From contig JBEIHE010000001.1 of NCBI GenBank assembly GCA_040381515.1, positions 5,841-69,840 on the forward strand: a stretch of DNA of 64,000 bases, given 5' to 3'. Under the pieces are notes generated by a model. It made no database searches and was not told where the DNA came from. It saw nothing but the letters and a program-made list of their open reading frames with translations. This stretch comes from Polaromonas sp. (lineage in GTDB: Bacteria; Pseudomonadota; Gammaproteobacteria; Burkholderiales; Burkholderiaceae_C). Of this stretch, positions 38,533 to 48,597 are shown piece by piece (the stretch's first letter is position 1; each line of letters opens with the position of its first letter). A program made the position numbers and the translations under genes.

Positions 38533-41500
38533 ATGTGGTTCACCCGCGTCAGCCTCCACAACCCGGTTTTTGCCACGATGGTCATGCTGGCCATCGTGGT
38601 GCTGGGCCTGTTTTCCTACCAGCGACTGCGCATCGACCAGTTCCCCAACATCGATTTCCCGGTGGTGGTCATCACCACCGAATATCCCGGCGCATCGCCC
38701 GAGATTGTTGAAAGCGAGGTCACCCGCAAGATTGAGGAGGGGGTCAACTCGATCGCAGGCATCAACACCCTGACCTCCCGCAGCTATGAAGGCACCTCGG
38801 TGGTGGTGGTTGAATTTCAGCTGCACATTGAAGGACGCAAGGCGGCGGAGGATGTGCGCGAGAAAGTCGCGGCCATTCGGCCGAACTTGCGCACCGAGGT
38901 CAAAGAGCCGCGTGTGTTGCGCTTTGATCCGGCCAGCCGGGCCGTCTGGGCCGTCGCGGTGCTACCCGCCCCGGCGCAAGCGAGCCCTGGCCCGGCAAGC
39001 CCCTACGTCAACCCAGTTGCCTTGACCACCTGGGCCGATCAGGTGCTCAAGAAACGCCTGGAGAATGTGCGCGGCGTTGGATCGGTCTCGTTGGTGGGCG
39101 CTACGCGCCGCGAGATCAACATCTACCTCAAACCGCAAGCCATGGAGGCGCTGGGCGTTTCGGTGGAGCAGGTGGCCAACGTGGTGCGCAGCGAAAACCA
39201 GGACCTGCCCTTGGGTGCCGTCCGATCGCTGACGCAGGAACGAACCGTACGGGTAGAGGCACGAATGCAACGACCGGAGGATTTCGGTCGCCTCATCGTG
39301 GCCCGGCGCGCCGGTGTGCCGATTACCCTGTCGCAGGTGGCCGACATACAAGATGGGGCACAAGAGACAGAAAGCCTGGCCCTGCGCAACGGACAGCGCA
39401 CGCTGCTGCTCAATGTGCAAAAGGCCCAGGACGAAAACACGATTGATGTGATTGATGGGCTGAATCGGGCCCTGCAAGATCTGCAATCGCAGGTGCCGAC
39501 CGGCGTCCAACTCGAACCCGTGATGGACACCTCGCGGCCGATACGGGTGGCGGTGGACAACGTGAGGCGCACCCTTATTGAGGGCGCAATCCTGACCGTC
39601 CTGATCGTGTTTCTCTTTCTCAACTCCTGGCGGTCGACCGTTATCACCGGACTGACGCTGCCCATTTCGATCATCGGCACTTTCCTGTTCATGTACGCCT
39701 TCGGCTTTACCATCAACATGATCACGCTGATGGCCCTGAGCCTTTGCGTCGGCTTGCTGATCGACGACGCCATCGTCGTGCGCGAGAACATCGTGCGTCA
39801 CGTCCAAATGGGCAAGAGCGCCTATCAAGCGTCCCTCGAAGGCACACAGGAAATCGGGTTGGCGGTACTGGCCACCACCTTTTCCATCGTGGCGGTTTTC
39901 CTGCCGATCGGCTTCATGGGGGGCATCATTGGCAAGTTCTTCCATGAATTCGGCATCACCATCGTGGCCGCAGTGCTGATCTCGATGTTTGTCAGCTTTA
40001 CCCTGGATCCGATGCTCTCCTCAATTTGGCATGACCCGGCCATCCACACGCAGGGCCAGACCCCAGGCAAGTCCCTCTATGACCGCTCCATCGGCCGCAT
40101 CACCCACTGGTTCGACCGCGCCACCGAACGCATGGCCGACGCTTACCAAGGCATCCTGCGCTGGTCACTCAGGCATAGGCTGTCCACCTTGGGCATTGCC
40201 CTGTTGATTTTTATCGGCAGCCTGTTCATGGTGCCGCTGCTGGGTACCGAATTTGTTCCCAAGGCGGATTTTTCAGAGACCACCGTCAACTTTCATACGC
40301 CTGTGGGCTCTTCCTTGGAGGCCACGGAGGCCAAAGCGCGACAGGTCGACGCCATCGTTCGCGAATTCCCCGAAGTGCGCTACACCGTCACGACTCTCAA
40401 TAGCGGCAACGCACAAGGCAAGATGTACGCCAGTATGTACGTGCGCCTGGTCAACCGCGATCAACGCACGCGCAGCGCGGAAGACATGGCCGCCGCACTG
40501 CGCAAGCGGCTCAGCCAAGTGCCTGGCATCACGGTGACTCAGGCCGGACTGACAGAGGCCGTCGGGGGAAACAAGCAAATCGAATTTTCCCTGCGGGGCC
40601 CGGACGTAAGGGAACTCGAGCGCCTGGCGGAACAGATTCGCAACCAGATCAAGGACATCAACGGGTTGGTAGACCTCGACTCAAGCGCCAAGCCAAACAA
40701 ACCGACCCTGAGTGTGTCTGTCCACCGCGAAGCCGCCTCCGACCTCGGCCTGTCGGTGGGCCAGATTGCGGGGGCACTGCGCCAGCTTCTGGCCGGACAG
40801 ACCGTCGGCACCTGGCGCGCCCCCGACGACCAGACCTATGACGTCAATGTGCGGCTGTCGCCCCAGGCCCGCGATGCAGTCGCGGATCTGGAACGACTGC
40901 CCTTGCTCAATGCGGGCAATGGCGGGGAAGCGCGAGTCATTCGGCTCAACCAGGTCGCCACCCTCGAGCCCTCGAGCGGACCCAACCAGATCAACCGACG
41001 CGATCTGGCGCGAGAAGTGGCCATCAGCGGCAACGTGTACGGCCGATCGGTGGGCGAGGTGTCGGCCGACATTTCGGCCATACTGGCTCGCACCGAATTT
41101 CCGCCTGGCTACAGTTACCGCTTCGGTGGCTCCACAAAAAATATGCAGGAATCCTTTGGCTATGCGCTTTCCTCACTGATGCTGGCCATCCTCTTCATCT
41201 ACATGATCCTAGCCAGCCAGTTCAAGAGCTTCCTGCAGCCTCTGGCACTGATGACCTCTTTGCCGCTCACGTTGATCGGCGTAGTCCTTGCGCTGATGAT
41301 GTTCGGTTCGACCCTGTCCATGTTTTCAATCATTGGAATCGTCATGCTCATGGGGCTGGTCACGAAGAACGCCATCTTGCTGGTCGACTTTGCTATTCGG
41401 GCACGCCAGGAGGGTCACGGGCGGGAACAGGCGCTGCTGATGGCCGCCAAAGTCCGGTTGCGGCCGATTCTGATGACGACGCTGGCCATGATCTTTGGCA

Positions 41501-41682
41501 TGGTGCCGCTGGCTTTTGCCCTGACCGAGGGGTCCGAGCAGCGCGCTCCTATGGGTCAGGCGGTGATCGGAGGGGTCATCACCTCCTCCCTATTGACGCT
41601 GGTGGTGGTACCCGTCGTTTTTGGCTATATCGGTGATCTGGCCCAGTGGATACGGCGTCAAATGGGCGTGAGCGCCGCATAA
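38533..41682 (+). CDS. RND efflux transporter permease (AcrB/D/F, HAE1)
   Basis: IDQFPNIDFP, YPGASPE, LIDDAIVVREN, KNAILLVD, RLRPILMTT; 1049 aa. Confidence 0.96.
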   Translation: MWFTRVSLHNPVFATMVMLAIVVLGLFSYQRLRIDQFPNIDFPVVVITTEYPGASPEIVESEVTRKIEEGVNSIAGINTLTSRSYEGTSVVVVEFQLHIEGRKAAEDVREKVAAIRPNLRTEVKEPRVLRFDPASRAVWAVAVLPAPAQASPGPASPYVNPVALTTWADQVLKKRLENVRGVGSVSLVGATRREINIYLKPQAMEALGVSVEQVANVVRSENQDLPLGAVRSLTQERTVRVEARMQRPEDFGRLIVARRAGVPITLSQVADIQDGAQETESLALRNGQRTLLLNVQKAQDENTIDVIDGLNRALQDLQSQVPTGVQLEPVMDTSRPIRVAVDNVRRTLIEGAILTVLIVFLFLNSWRSTVITGLTLPISIIGTFLFMYAFGFTINMITLMALSLCVGLLIDDAIVVRENIVRHVQMGKSAYQASLEGTQEIGLAVLATTFSIVAVFLPIGFMGGIIGKFFHEFGITIVAAVLISMFVSFTLDPMLSSIWHDPAIHTQGQTPGKSLYDRSIGRITHWFDRATERMADAYQGILRWSLRHRLSTLGIALLIFIGSLFMVPLLGTEFVPKADFSETTVNFHTPVGSSLEATEAKARQVDAIVREFPEVRYTVTTLNSGNAQGKMYASMYVRLVNRDQRTRSAEDMAAALRKRLSQVPGITVTQAGLTEAVGGNKQIEFSLRGPDVRELERLAEQIRNQIKDINGLVDLDSSAKPNKPTLSVSVHREAASDLGLSVGQIAGALRQLLAGQTVGTWRAPDDQTYDVNVRLSPQARDAVADLERLPLLNAGNGGEARVIRLNQVATLEPSSGPNQINRRDLAREVAISGNVYGRSVGEVSADISAILARTEFPPGYSYRFGGSTKNMQESFGYALSSLMLAILFIYMILASQFKSFLQPLALMTSLPLTLIGVVLALMMFGSTLSMFSIIGIVMLMGLVTKNAILLVDFAIRARQEGHGREQALLMAAKVRLRPILMTTLAMIFGMVPLAFALTEGSEQRAPMGQAVIGGVITSSLLTLVVVPVVFGYIGDLAQWIRRQMGVSAA

Positions 41683-41780
41683 GGGACGGGCAAGTCAAGC
41701 CCATAACGCCACCGCTAGAATCACCTTTCGATCCCTTTTTTCCAAGCCCCCCTTCCTACAAAAGCCGGGAAAACGCGACC

Positions 41781-42455
41781 ATGAATTTCGAGCAAGCGCG
41801 CTTCAACATGATTGAGCAGCAAATCAGGCCCTGGGAGGTTCTTGATACCCAGGTGCTGTCCCTGCTGGCGACAGTCAAGCGCGAAGACTTTGTACCCAAG
41901 CCGTACCAGGCGCTGGCCTTTGCCGATCTGGAAATTCCACTGCCGCCCCAGCGCCATCCGAGCCAGTGCATGCTCTCGCCGAAGGTAGAAGCCCGTTTGC
42001 TGCAGGATCTGGAGGTACAAAAGCATGAGAAGGTGCTGGAGGTCGGCGCCGGCAGCGGCTATATGGCCGCCCTGCTGGCTCACCGCGCCCAGCATGTCAC
42101 GACGCTGGAGATAGAGCCTGAACTGGTTCGGACAGCCAGAGAGAATCTTCAAAAGGCAGGCGTACACAATGCCCTGGTGCTCGAGCAAGATGCCTCCCAG
42201 CCCACGGACCGTCCCGAACTCTGCGGGCCCTTCGATGTGATCCTCCTCAGCGGTTCGGTTGCGCAGGTACCTCAATCGCTCAAAACACTGCTTAAGCACG
42301 GTGGACGGCTGATCGCCATCGTGGGAAGCGAGCCGGTGATGAGTGCTACGCTGGTTACCCGCTTGGGCGAACAGACTTGGCGATCCGAGCAGCGTTGGGA
42401 GACGATCGCCCCGCGGCTGTGTCACTTTCCAGAACCCTCGGCCTTTCATTTCTGA
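41781..42455 (+). CDS. pcm: Protein-L-isoaspartate O-methyltransferase family
   Basis: MNFEQARFNMIEQQIRPWEV, VLEVGAGSGYMAALL, FDVILLSGSV. Confidence 0.88.
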   Translation: MNFEQARFNMIEQQIRPWEVLDTQVLSLLATVKREDFVPKPYQALAFADLEIPLPPQRHPSQCMLSPKVEARLLQDLEVQKHEKVLEVGAGSGYMAALLAHRAQHVTTLEIEPELVRTARENLQKAGVHNALVLEQDASQPTDRPELCGPFDVILLSGSVAQVPQSLKTLLKHGGRLIAIVGSEPVMSATLVTRLGEQTWRSEQRWETIAPRLCHFPEPSAFHF

Positions 42456-42459
42456 GCCC

Positions 42460-42798
42460 ATGGTGCAGCAGCTTGACGTTCAGCAGCTTGAGGCCTGGTG
42501 CAAGGCTCACGCCCCGAGCAGAGCCTTGGTGCTTGACGTACGGGAGTCATGGGAAGTCCAGACTGCGAGCATTCCGGCAGAACATTTCGACGTGCAGACA
42601 ATCGCGCTAGGCGAGCTCGTCCAGAGGCTCGACGAGCTGCCCCGTGATCGGCCGATTGCCTGCCTGTGCCATCACGGAATGCGCAGCCTGCAGGCCGCCC
42701 GCTTCCTTGAGCAGCAGGGTTTTCAAGAGGTGGTCAATCTCCAGGGCGGAATTGATGCCTGGTCCCTGCGTGTTGATTCAAGTGTTCCCCGTTACTGA
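42460..42798 (+). CDS. Rhodanese-like domain protein
   Basis: VLDVRESWE, CLCHHGMRS, NLQGGIDAW. Confidence 0.92.
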   Translation: MVQQLDVQQLEAWCKAHAPSRALVLDVRESWEVQTASIPAEHFDVQTIALGELVQRLDELPRDRPIACLCHHGMRSLQAARFLEQQGFQEVVNLQGGIDAWSLRVDSSVPRY

Positions 42799-42819
42799 CA
42801 CCACCCCCTTAGGACTGAA

Positions 42820-44160
42820 ATGAAAGCCCACCCCTCCAAGACCGGCCTTTCGGAACTGAGCCTGGGCCTGACCCTTTGGCTGGCCTGCCTCGGCGCGAGC
42901 CAGGCCCAGTCGCTGGTGGAGCTGTACGAATCAGCGCGCGATTTCGACGCCACATTTCAATCGGCACGCCTGCAGTACGAAGCCAATTTGGCGCGGGCAG
43001 AGCAAGGAAAGGCGGGCATGCGCAGCACCGCCAATCTGTCTGCCGGCATGAACTACACCCAGCAAGACAGCAACAGCGCTGCCCTGCGCCGCAACTTTGA
43101 TACGCAGAGCGTCACGGCCAGTGCCAGCCACCCGATTTACCGCCCCGCCAATCAAGCGGCTTACGACCAAGCGCTCAAGCAGGTCGATGCGGCCAAGGCA
43201 CAGCTCGAGGTGGCTGAGCAGGAACTGATTCTGCGCTTAAGCCAAGCCTATTTCGACGTGCTAGGGGCGCAGGACAATCTCCTGGCGGTGCAAGCCCAGC
43301 GCACGGCCGTGGCCGAACAACTGGCCTCGGCCAAACGACGCTTCGAGGTGGGCACGGCCACCATTGTCGATACCCGGCAGGCTCAGGCGACCTTCGACCG
43401 AATCGAGGCCTCTCGCATTCAGGCCGAGAACGATTTGGCCGTACGACGGCTCGCCCTGGACCAACTGGTCGGTCGGACTGGAACCCAGCCCCGAGCCCTG
43501 GCTACACCGGTGCGGTTGATGCCTGTGGAGGGCGATATCAACCGCTGGGTTGAAGATGCCCAGACGCGGCATCCCAACGTGCGCAGTGCGCAAACCACTC
43601 TGAGCATTGCTGAACTTGAGGTGCTACGGGCCGAGGCGGGCCATAAACCCACCCTCGATGCAACGGCCAGTCACACCTTCACGCAAACGCCCAGAGGCAA
43701 TGCCTCCAGTGCCTTGGTCAACCGAGTCAACTCTACCGCCATCGGATTGAGCTTTAACCTGCCTCTGTTCGCCGGTTATGCAACCCAAAACCGGATCAAG
43801 GAGACGCTGGCGCTCAGTGAAAAGGCCCGCAGCGACCTCGAAGGTATCAAGCGGACCGTGGCCCAGAGCACCCGGTCGGCCTACTTCACCCTGATCTCCG
43901 GACAAAGCCGGGTCCAGGCCCTGCAGGCCGCAGAAACCTCCGCTCAGAGTCTGGTGGACTCCACCCGGCTCGGCTACCAGGTGGGGGTGACGATCAACCT
44001 GGACGTATTGGACGCTCAAAGCCAGTTGTTCCAGACTCGCCGTGACCTGGCCCTCGCCCGCTACGAGGTTCTCGTCGGAGGCCTGCGCTTGAAGCAGGCC
44101 AGCGGACTGCTCGGCCTGAGCGACCTTCAGGCGATCAACACCCTTCTGGTCAAGCCCTGA
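42820..44160 (+). CDS. tolC: TolC-family outer membrane protein
   Basis: Signal peptide then QSLVELYESAR; RRFEVGTATIVD, GYQVGVTINLDVLDAQSQL; pcm-rhodanese-tolC context. Confidence 0.92.
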   Translation: MKAHPSKTGLSELSLGLTLWLACLGASQAQSLVELYESARDFDATFQSARLQYEANLARAEQGKAGMRSTANLSAGMNYTQQDSNSAALRRNFDTQSVTASASHPIYRPANQAAYDQALKQVDAAKAQLEVAEQELILRLSQAYFDVLGAQDNLLAVQAQRTAVAEQLASAKRRFEVGTATIVDTRQAQATFDRIEASRIQAENDLAVRRLALDQLVGRTGTQPRALATPVRLMPVEGDINRWVEDAQTRHPNVRSAQTTLSIAELEVLRAEAGHKPTLDATASHTFTQTPRGNASSALVNRVNSTAIGLSFNLPLFAGYATQNRIKETLALSEKARSDLEGIKRTVAQSTRSAYFTLISGQSRVQALQAAETSAQSLVDSTRLGYQVGVTINLDVLDAQSQLFQTRRDLALARYEVLVGGLRLKQASGLLGLSDLQAINTLLVKP

Positions 44161-44176
44161 CCGGCCCGAGGCCGGC

Positions 44177-45442
44177 TCAGACGATTCTGAGCAGACGTTC
44201 GGCCGTAGCCTCGGCCGCGCCCCGGTGTCGCTGCGCGAACGACAGGGCCAAGTCAGAACGTCTGGACGCAGATCCGTCCTGCATCCACTCGCAGGCTGTT
44301 TGAATTGCGCCAGCAAAATCCGCTACGCGGCAGGCAGCCCCCTCGAGTAAAGCCTGATCCGCCGCCTCCCTGAAATTGAAGGTATGGGGCCCCATGATCA
44401 CAGGGCAGCCGCACGCAGCCGACTCAATCAGGTTCTGGCCACCCAGAGCCAGAAAGCTACCCCCGAGCAAACAAACCGACGAAAGACCGTAGTAGAGAGC
44501 CATCTCTCCGATCGAGTCGCCCAGAGCGATCGAGCCGGGCTCCAGCGGCCAATTCGACAGATCAGGGCCCCATGCCGATCGACGCGATATGCGATGGCCC
44601 CTGCGCTCAATCAGGGCCGCCACCTCATCAAAGCGCTGCGGATGCCGCGGTACGATCAACAAATCGAAAGGCCAGGGCTGGGGGCACTGGGCTAGAGCCT
44701 CAAGCAAAAGGGCTTCCTCGCCTTCGCGCGAACTGGCTAGCATAAGCAAGGGGCGGTGCAGCTGTACCCGTCGCTGCGCAGCCAGGGCCCTCTGCGCGGG
44801 ATCGGGCCGGGCATCAAACTTGAGGTTGCCCACAACTGCCTGAACCGGGGCGCCGACTTGACGCAAACGCTGCGCATCTTCTTCACTTTGGGCCCACACA
44901 GCCGACAGGGCGCCGTAGGCCGGCCTCGCCAGGCTGGCCCATTGCAGCGCACGTTGCAGCGACTTCTCAGACAGCCTCGCGTTGGCCAGCACCAGGGGAA
45001 CCCCCCACACCGACGCCGATCGGATCAGGTTGGGCCAGATCTCGGTTTCCATCAACACACCCAGCCTGGGCTTGAAATGCGCGAGGAAGGCTCGGGTGGC
45101 CGCAGGCGTGTCCCACGGCTGCCAGACCTGAACATCACCCTCATGCAGCAGGGTCGCCCCCATGGCGCGACCGGTGGCCGTTCCATGCGTGAGCAAGAAC
45201 CGCAAGTCGGGTCGCTGCTGCCTCAATACATGCATCAAGACGGCAGCCGCACGCGTCTCCCCCAGCGAGACCGCGTGGATCCAGATCAGCTCATGGGCGG
45301 GGGGGGACGGCTGAAGATAAGAGCCAAAACGCTCTTCAACCGCCTGGCCGTAACCAGGCTCCCGCTTGGCACGATACCGCAGCTTGGCAATCAGCAGAGG
45401 CTGCAGCAAAAAGGTGATTAAAGAGTAGACCTTGCCGATCAT
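44177..45442 (-). CDS. waaA: 3-deoxy-D-manno-octulosonic acid transferase
   Basis: IWIHAVSLGE, ETEIWPNL, NARLSEKS, VPRHPQRF, GGQNLIESA; ATG overlaps the waaC TGA. Confidence 0.95.
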   Translation of the reverse strand: MIGKVYSLITFLLQPLLIAKLRYRAKREPGYGQAVEERFGSYLQPSPPAHELIWIHAVSLGETRAAAVLMHVLRQQRPDLRFLLTHGTATGRAMGATLLHEGDVQVWQPWDTPAATRAFLAHFKPRLGVLMETEIWPNLIRSASVWGVPLVLANARLSEKSLQRALQWASLARPAYGALSAVWAQSEEDAQRLRQVGAPVQAVVGNLKFDARPDPAQRALAAQRRVQLHRPLLMLASSREGEEALLLEALAQCPQPWPFDLLIVPRHPQRFDEVAALIERRGHRISRRSAWGPDLSNWPLEPGSIALGDSIGEMALYYGLSSVCLLGGSFLALGGQNLIESAACGCPVIMGPHTFNFREAADQALLEGAACRVADFAGAIQTACEWMQDGSASRRSDLALSFAQRHRGAAEATAERLLRIV

Positions 45443-46428
45443 GCCGATGAAACTTCGTGCCACGCACGCCAGACCTGATCGACGTCGGGATATGGGTGAT
45501 GGTAAAGGCTGCGCTGCCGCCGACAATCAATGGGCCCAGTACGCCAGGCCGTATCAAGGTTGTAGATTTGTACATGAGGCAAATCTAGTGCCACCGCCAT
45601 ATGACTGAGTCCGCTGTCAACCCCCACGACACCCGCGCATGCAGCCATTGCATCCGTCAGTTCAGCCAGAGGCAGCCGAGGCCAAACGCATGCCCTAGAC
45701 AGCAGATCCGAAATCCGCTGCGAGGAAGCGTGCTCAGCGGGACTCCCATGGGGCAGCGCAATACGCCATCCAGCCTCGTTAAAGCGACGCCCCAATTCAA
45801 TCCAATACTCCTCAGGCCAGCATTTATCCCGCCGCGAACTGCCATGTGCAAAAAGAACGGTCGGCTCGTTCAAGCCCAATTGATCGGATAACTGAGCGAC
45901 CGCCAGGCCATCTCCTTTGAGACCATAAAAATGGTCTGAGGTCAGTTCGTACCCGAGCGCGGCGGCACAAAGCAACCGGCCACGATCAACGGCATGAACA
46001 CGGCTTTGGATGGGGATGGCCACGTCCGAGACCCAACGTGTGGGCAACTCATAACTAGATCCCTCGGTACGATTTGCCATCGCGTAGCGCTGTCCAGTGG
46101 CAGTCGTACGAGCAATCCGAGCAACACAAGCTGACTTGGTCAATCCTTGCAAATCGATGACCGCATCGTAAGAACGCTGCTGCAACTGCTCTACGAAATG
46201 ACGAGCCTCCGCTAGGGTAGCGGCGCTGAATAGGGCTCTCTTCCAAGATCGCAAATTGCAGGCAATGAGCCGGTCAATGCCCGAACATCTCTGGAGCAAC
46301 GGAAGGAAAGAGGCCTCTACCACCCAATCAATCCTTGCCGCGGGAAACGCACGCCGGATATCCTGCAGAGCTGGCAAAGTGTGCACCACATCCCCCAGCG
46401 ACGAGAGCTTGACGATGAGGATCCGCAT
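45439..46428 (-). CDS. waaC: LPS heptosyltransferase I (GT9)
   Basis: MRILIVKLSSLGDVVHTLP, IDWVVE, DLQGLTKSA, GVDSGLSHMAVAL. Confidence 0.92.
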   Translation of the reverse strand: MRILIVKLSSLGDVVHTLPALQDIRRAFPAARIDWVVEASFLPLLQRCSGIDRLIACNLRSWKRALFSAATLAEARHFVEQLQQRSYDAVIDLQGLTKSACVARIARTTATGQRYAMANRTEGSSYELPTRWVSDVAIPIQSRVHAVDRGRLLCAAALGYELTSDHFYGLKGDGLAVAQLSDQLGLNEPTVLFAHGSSRRDKCWPEEYWIELGRRFNEAGWRIALPHGSPAEHASSQRISDLLSRACVWPRLPLAELTDAMAACAGVVGVDSGLSHMAVALDLPHVQIYNLDTAWRTGPIDCRRQRSLYHHPYPDVDQVWRAWHEVSSA

Positions 46429-46443
46429 GAATAGGGGCGCGAC

Positions 46444-47835
46444 TCAGTGCGCCGCACTCTGCAACAGGGCGTCGGGCTTGACTTGGTGCAGCAAGGCGAG
46501 CATCTCGGTCTGGATTCGTTGCAAGGCTGACTCCGTCTGGCCCCCAAAGCGCAGCACCAGCACTGCCGTCGGGCTGGAGGGCCGAATCAGGCCACAGCCA
46601 TCGGGCCAGTCCACCCGCAAACCATCCATTGTGGACAGGCGGGCGGTTCCCGCAAATCGCTGCGTGCCCAGAGTGACCAAATGGGCCATCAAACGATGCG
46701 GTTCACCCTCAGCGCAGCTCACGTTGAGCTCCGGAGTGCTGTAGCTGCTCGGTAAGGCGTCCAGCACCGCCGAAACGTCTGGGCTGCGGCTGAGGATTTC
46801 CAAAAGACGGGCGCCGGCATAAGTGCCATCGTCGAAACCGTACCAACGCTCCTTGAAAAAAATATGCCCGCTCATCTCACCGCCCAAAGGGGCATCGAGT
46901 TCGCGCATGCGCGCCTTGATCAAGGAGTGGCCAGTTTTGTACATCACCGGCTGACCGCCGGCTGCCTCAATGGCCGGCGCCAATTGCTGGGAACACTTGA
47001 CATCAAAAAGAATGGGCGCACCGGGAATACGCGAGAGCACATCGCGGGCAAACAGTATCAATTGACGGTCCGGATAAATGGTCCGCCCCTGCTTGGTCAC
47101 GATACCAAGACGATCGCCATCGCCATCGAAGGCCAGCCCGATCTCGGCATCGCTCTGGGCAAGCGCAGCGATCAGATCGCGCAGATTCTCCGGCTTGCTC
47201 GGGTCCGGATGGTGGTTTGGGAAGCCACCGTCGACCTCACTGAAAAGCTCGGTCACCTCACATCCGAGGGCCCTGAAAATACCCGGCGCCGATGCGCCGG
47301 CCACGCCGTTGCCGCAGTCGACCACGATCTTCATCGGGCGGCTCAAACGGATATCACCCACGATTCGGTCGCGATAGGCAGGCATGACATCGGTGGTTTT
47401 CACCACACCCCTACGCCCAGCTGCGGGAGGCGACTGTTCCTGCATAAGGCGCCGCAGATCCTCAATAGCATCGCCATAGAGGGCTTGGCCCGCAAGCACC
47501 ATCTTGAAGCCATTGTGGTCTCGAGGGTTGTGGCTACCGGTCACCTGAATGCCGCTTCGGCACAAGGTGGACGCTGCAAAATACAGCATCGGGGTGGTGA
47601 CCATGCCGATATCTACCACCTCTACCCCAACCCGGGTCAGGCCCTCGACCAAAGCCCGGGCGAGCGAAGGGCCCGAAACTCGACCATCACGGCCAACCGC
47701 CACCACCGACTCGCCCAAAGCCAAGGCTCGGGCACCAAAGGCCTGCCCCAAGGCCAGGGCCACCTCCTCGTTCAAAGTCAGGGGCACGACACCCCGGATG
47801 TCATAAGCCTTGAAGATGGAGGGATCAAAGGGCAT
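46444..47835 (-). CDS. pgm: Phosphomannomutase/phosphoglucomutase (AlgC-like)
   Basis: IFKAYDIRG, VTGSHNP phosphoserine motif, AFDGDGDR metal loop, GEMSGH; the C-terminal phosphate-binding loop is aberrant (see findings). Confidence 0.93.
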   Translation of the reverse strand: MPFDPSIFKAYDIRGVVPLTLNEEVALALGQAFGARALALGESVVAVGRDGRVSGPSLARALVEGLTRVGVEVVDIGMVTTPMLYFAASTLCRSGIQVTGSHNPRDHNGFKMVLAGQALYGDAIEDLRRLMQEQSPPAAGRRGVVKTTDVMPAYRDRIVGDIRLSRPMKIVVDCGNGVAGASAPGIFRALGCEVTELFSEVDGGFPNHHPDPSKPENLRDLIAALAQSDAEIGLAFDGDGDRLGIVTKQGRTIYPDRQLILFARDVLSRIPGAPILFDVKCSQQLAPAIEAAGGQPVMYKTGHSLIKARMRELDAPLGGEMSGHIFFKERWYGFDDGTYAGARLLEILSRSPDVSAVLDALPSSYSTPELNVSCAEGEPHRLMAHLVTLGTQRFAGTARLSTMDGLRVDWPDGCGLIRPSSPTAVLVLRFGGQTESALQRIQTEMLALLHQVKPDALLQSAAH

Positions 47836-48087
47836 GAGTGAGCGCAATAACAAAACCGAATCGACAGACCGAGTCAGGTGCAGGACGACACCAGGCCAAG
47901 AAAACGGCGATTTTAGGTGTGAGCAACGCAACCGGCTGATCCCGACCGTAAGCGCGGCTCAGCAGGCAGGAGCCAAATCAAGCGGTCTGAGGGCCGGATG
48001 CTCCAGCTCAGCCGCTTAAAACTGACCTAATTTTTGCCATCGTATGATGAGGTCCTGAGCCCGGCAGCAGGCGCAGGCGCTTCCTTC

Positions 48088-48597
48088 ATGCTCAATCCCG
48101 CACCACGCCCCCTCCTGGTTCAAAGCCGATGCAAAACCCCACTGGGATGGATTTGTCTCCTGGCCAGTCCCACGGGTCTGGCTGGCTTGTGGTTTGACGA
48201 CCAAAAGCACAGGCCGTCCGAGCTCGATGGTCTGTGGCCGCTGGAGCCCTCCAACAAGTGGCTTGAAAGAGCCCAACAGCAACTGGCGCAATACTTTGAC
48301 CGTCGCCGTCCAAGCTTCGATCTGCCGCTAGACCTGAGCGCCGGAACAAAATTCCAGCAATCGGTGTGGACTGCGCTGCTGGACGTGCCGCACGGCCAAA
48401 CCCGCAGCTACGGTCAAATCGCAGACAGCCTGGGACGGCCACAGTCGGCTCGGGCGGTAGGCGGGGCCATCGGTCTGAACCGCATCTCGATAATCGTGCC
48501 CTGCCACCGGGTGGTCGGCAGGTACGGCGCACTCACCGGTTACGCCGGCGGGCTCCAACGCAAGCAAGAGCTGCTCAGGCTCGAAGGTTCAATTTGA
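48088..48597 (+). CDS. ogt: Methylated-DNA--protein-cysteine methyltransferase
   Basis: GTKFQQSVWTAL, ARAVGGA, IIVPCHRVVG, LTGYAGG. Confidence 0.95.
   Translation: MLNPAPRPLLVQSRCKTPLGWICLLASPTGLAGLWFDDQKHRPSELDGLWPLEPSNKWLERAQQQLAQYFDRRRPSFDLPLDLSAGTKFQQSVWTALLDVPHGQTRSYGQIADSLGRPQSARAVGGAIGLNRISIIVPCHRVVGRYGALTGYAGGLQRKQELLRLEGSI

Noticed and set aside
45299-45306. C8 tract in waaA as LPS phase variation
   Set aside because: In frame, short, and in a normally essential gene.
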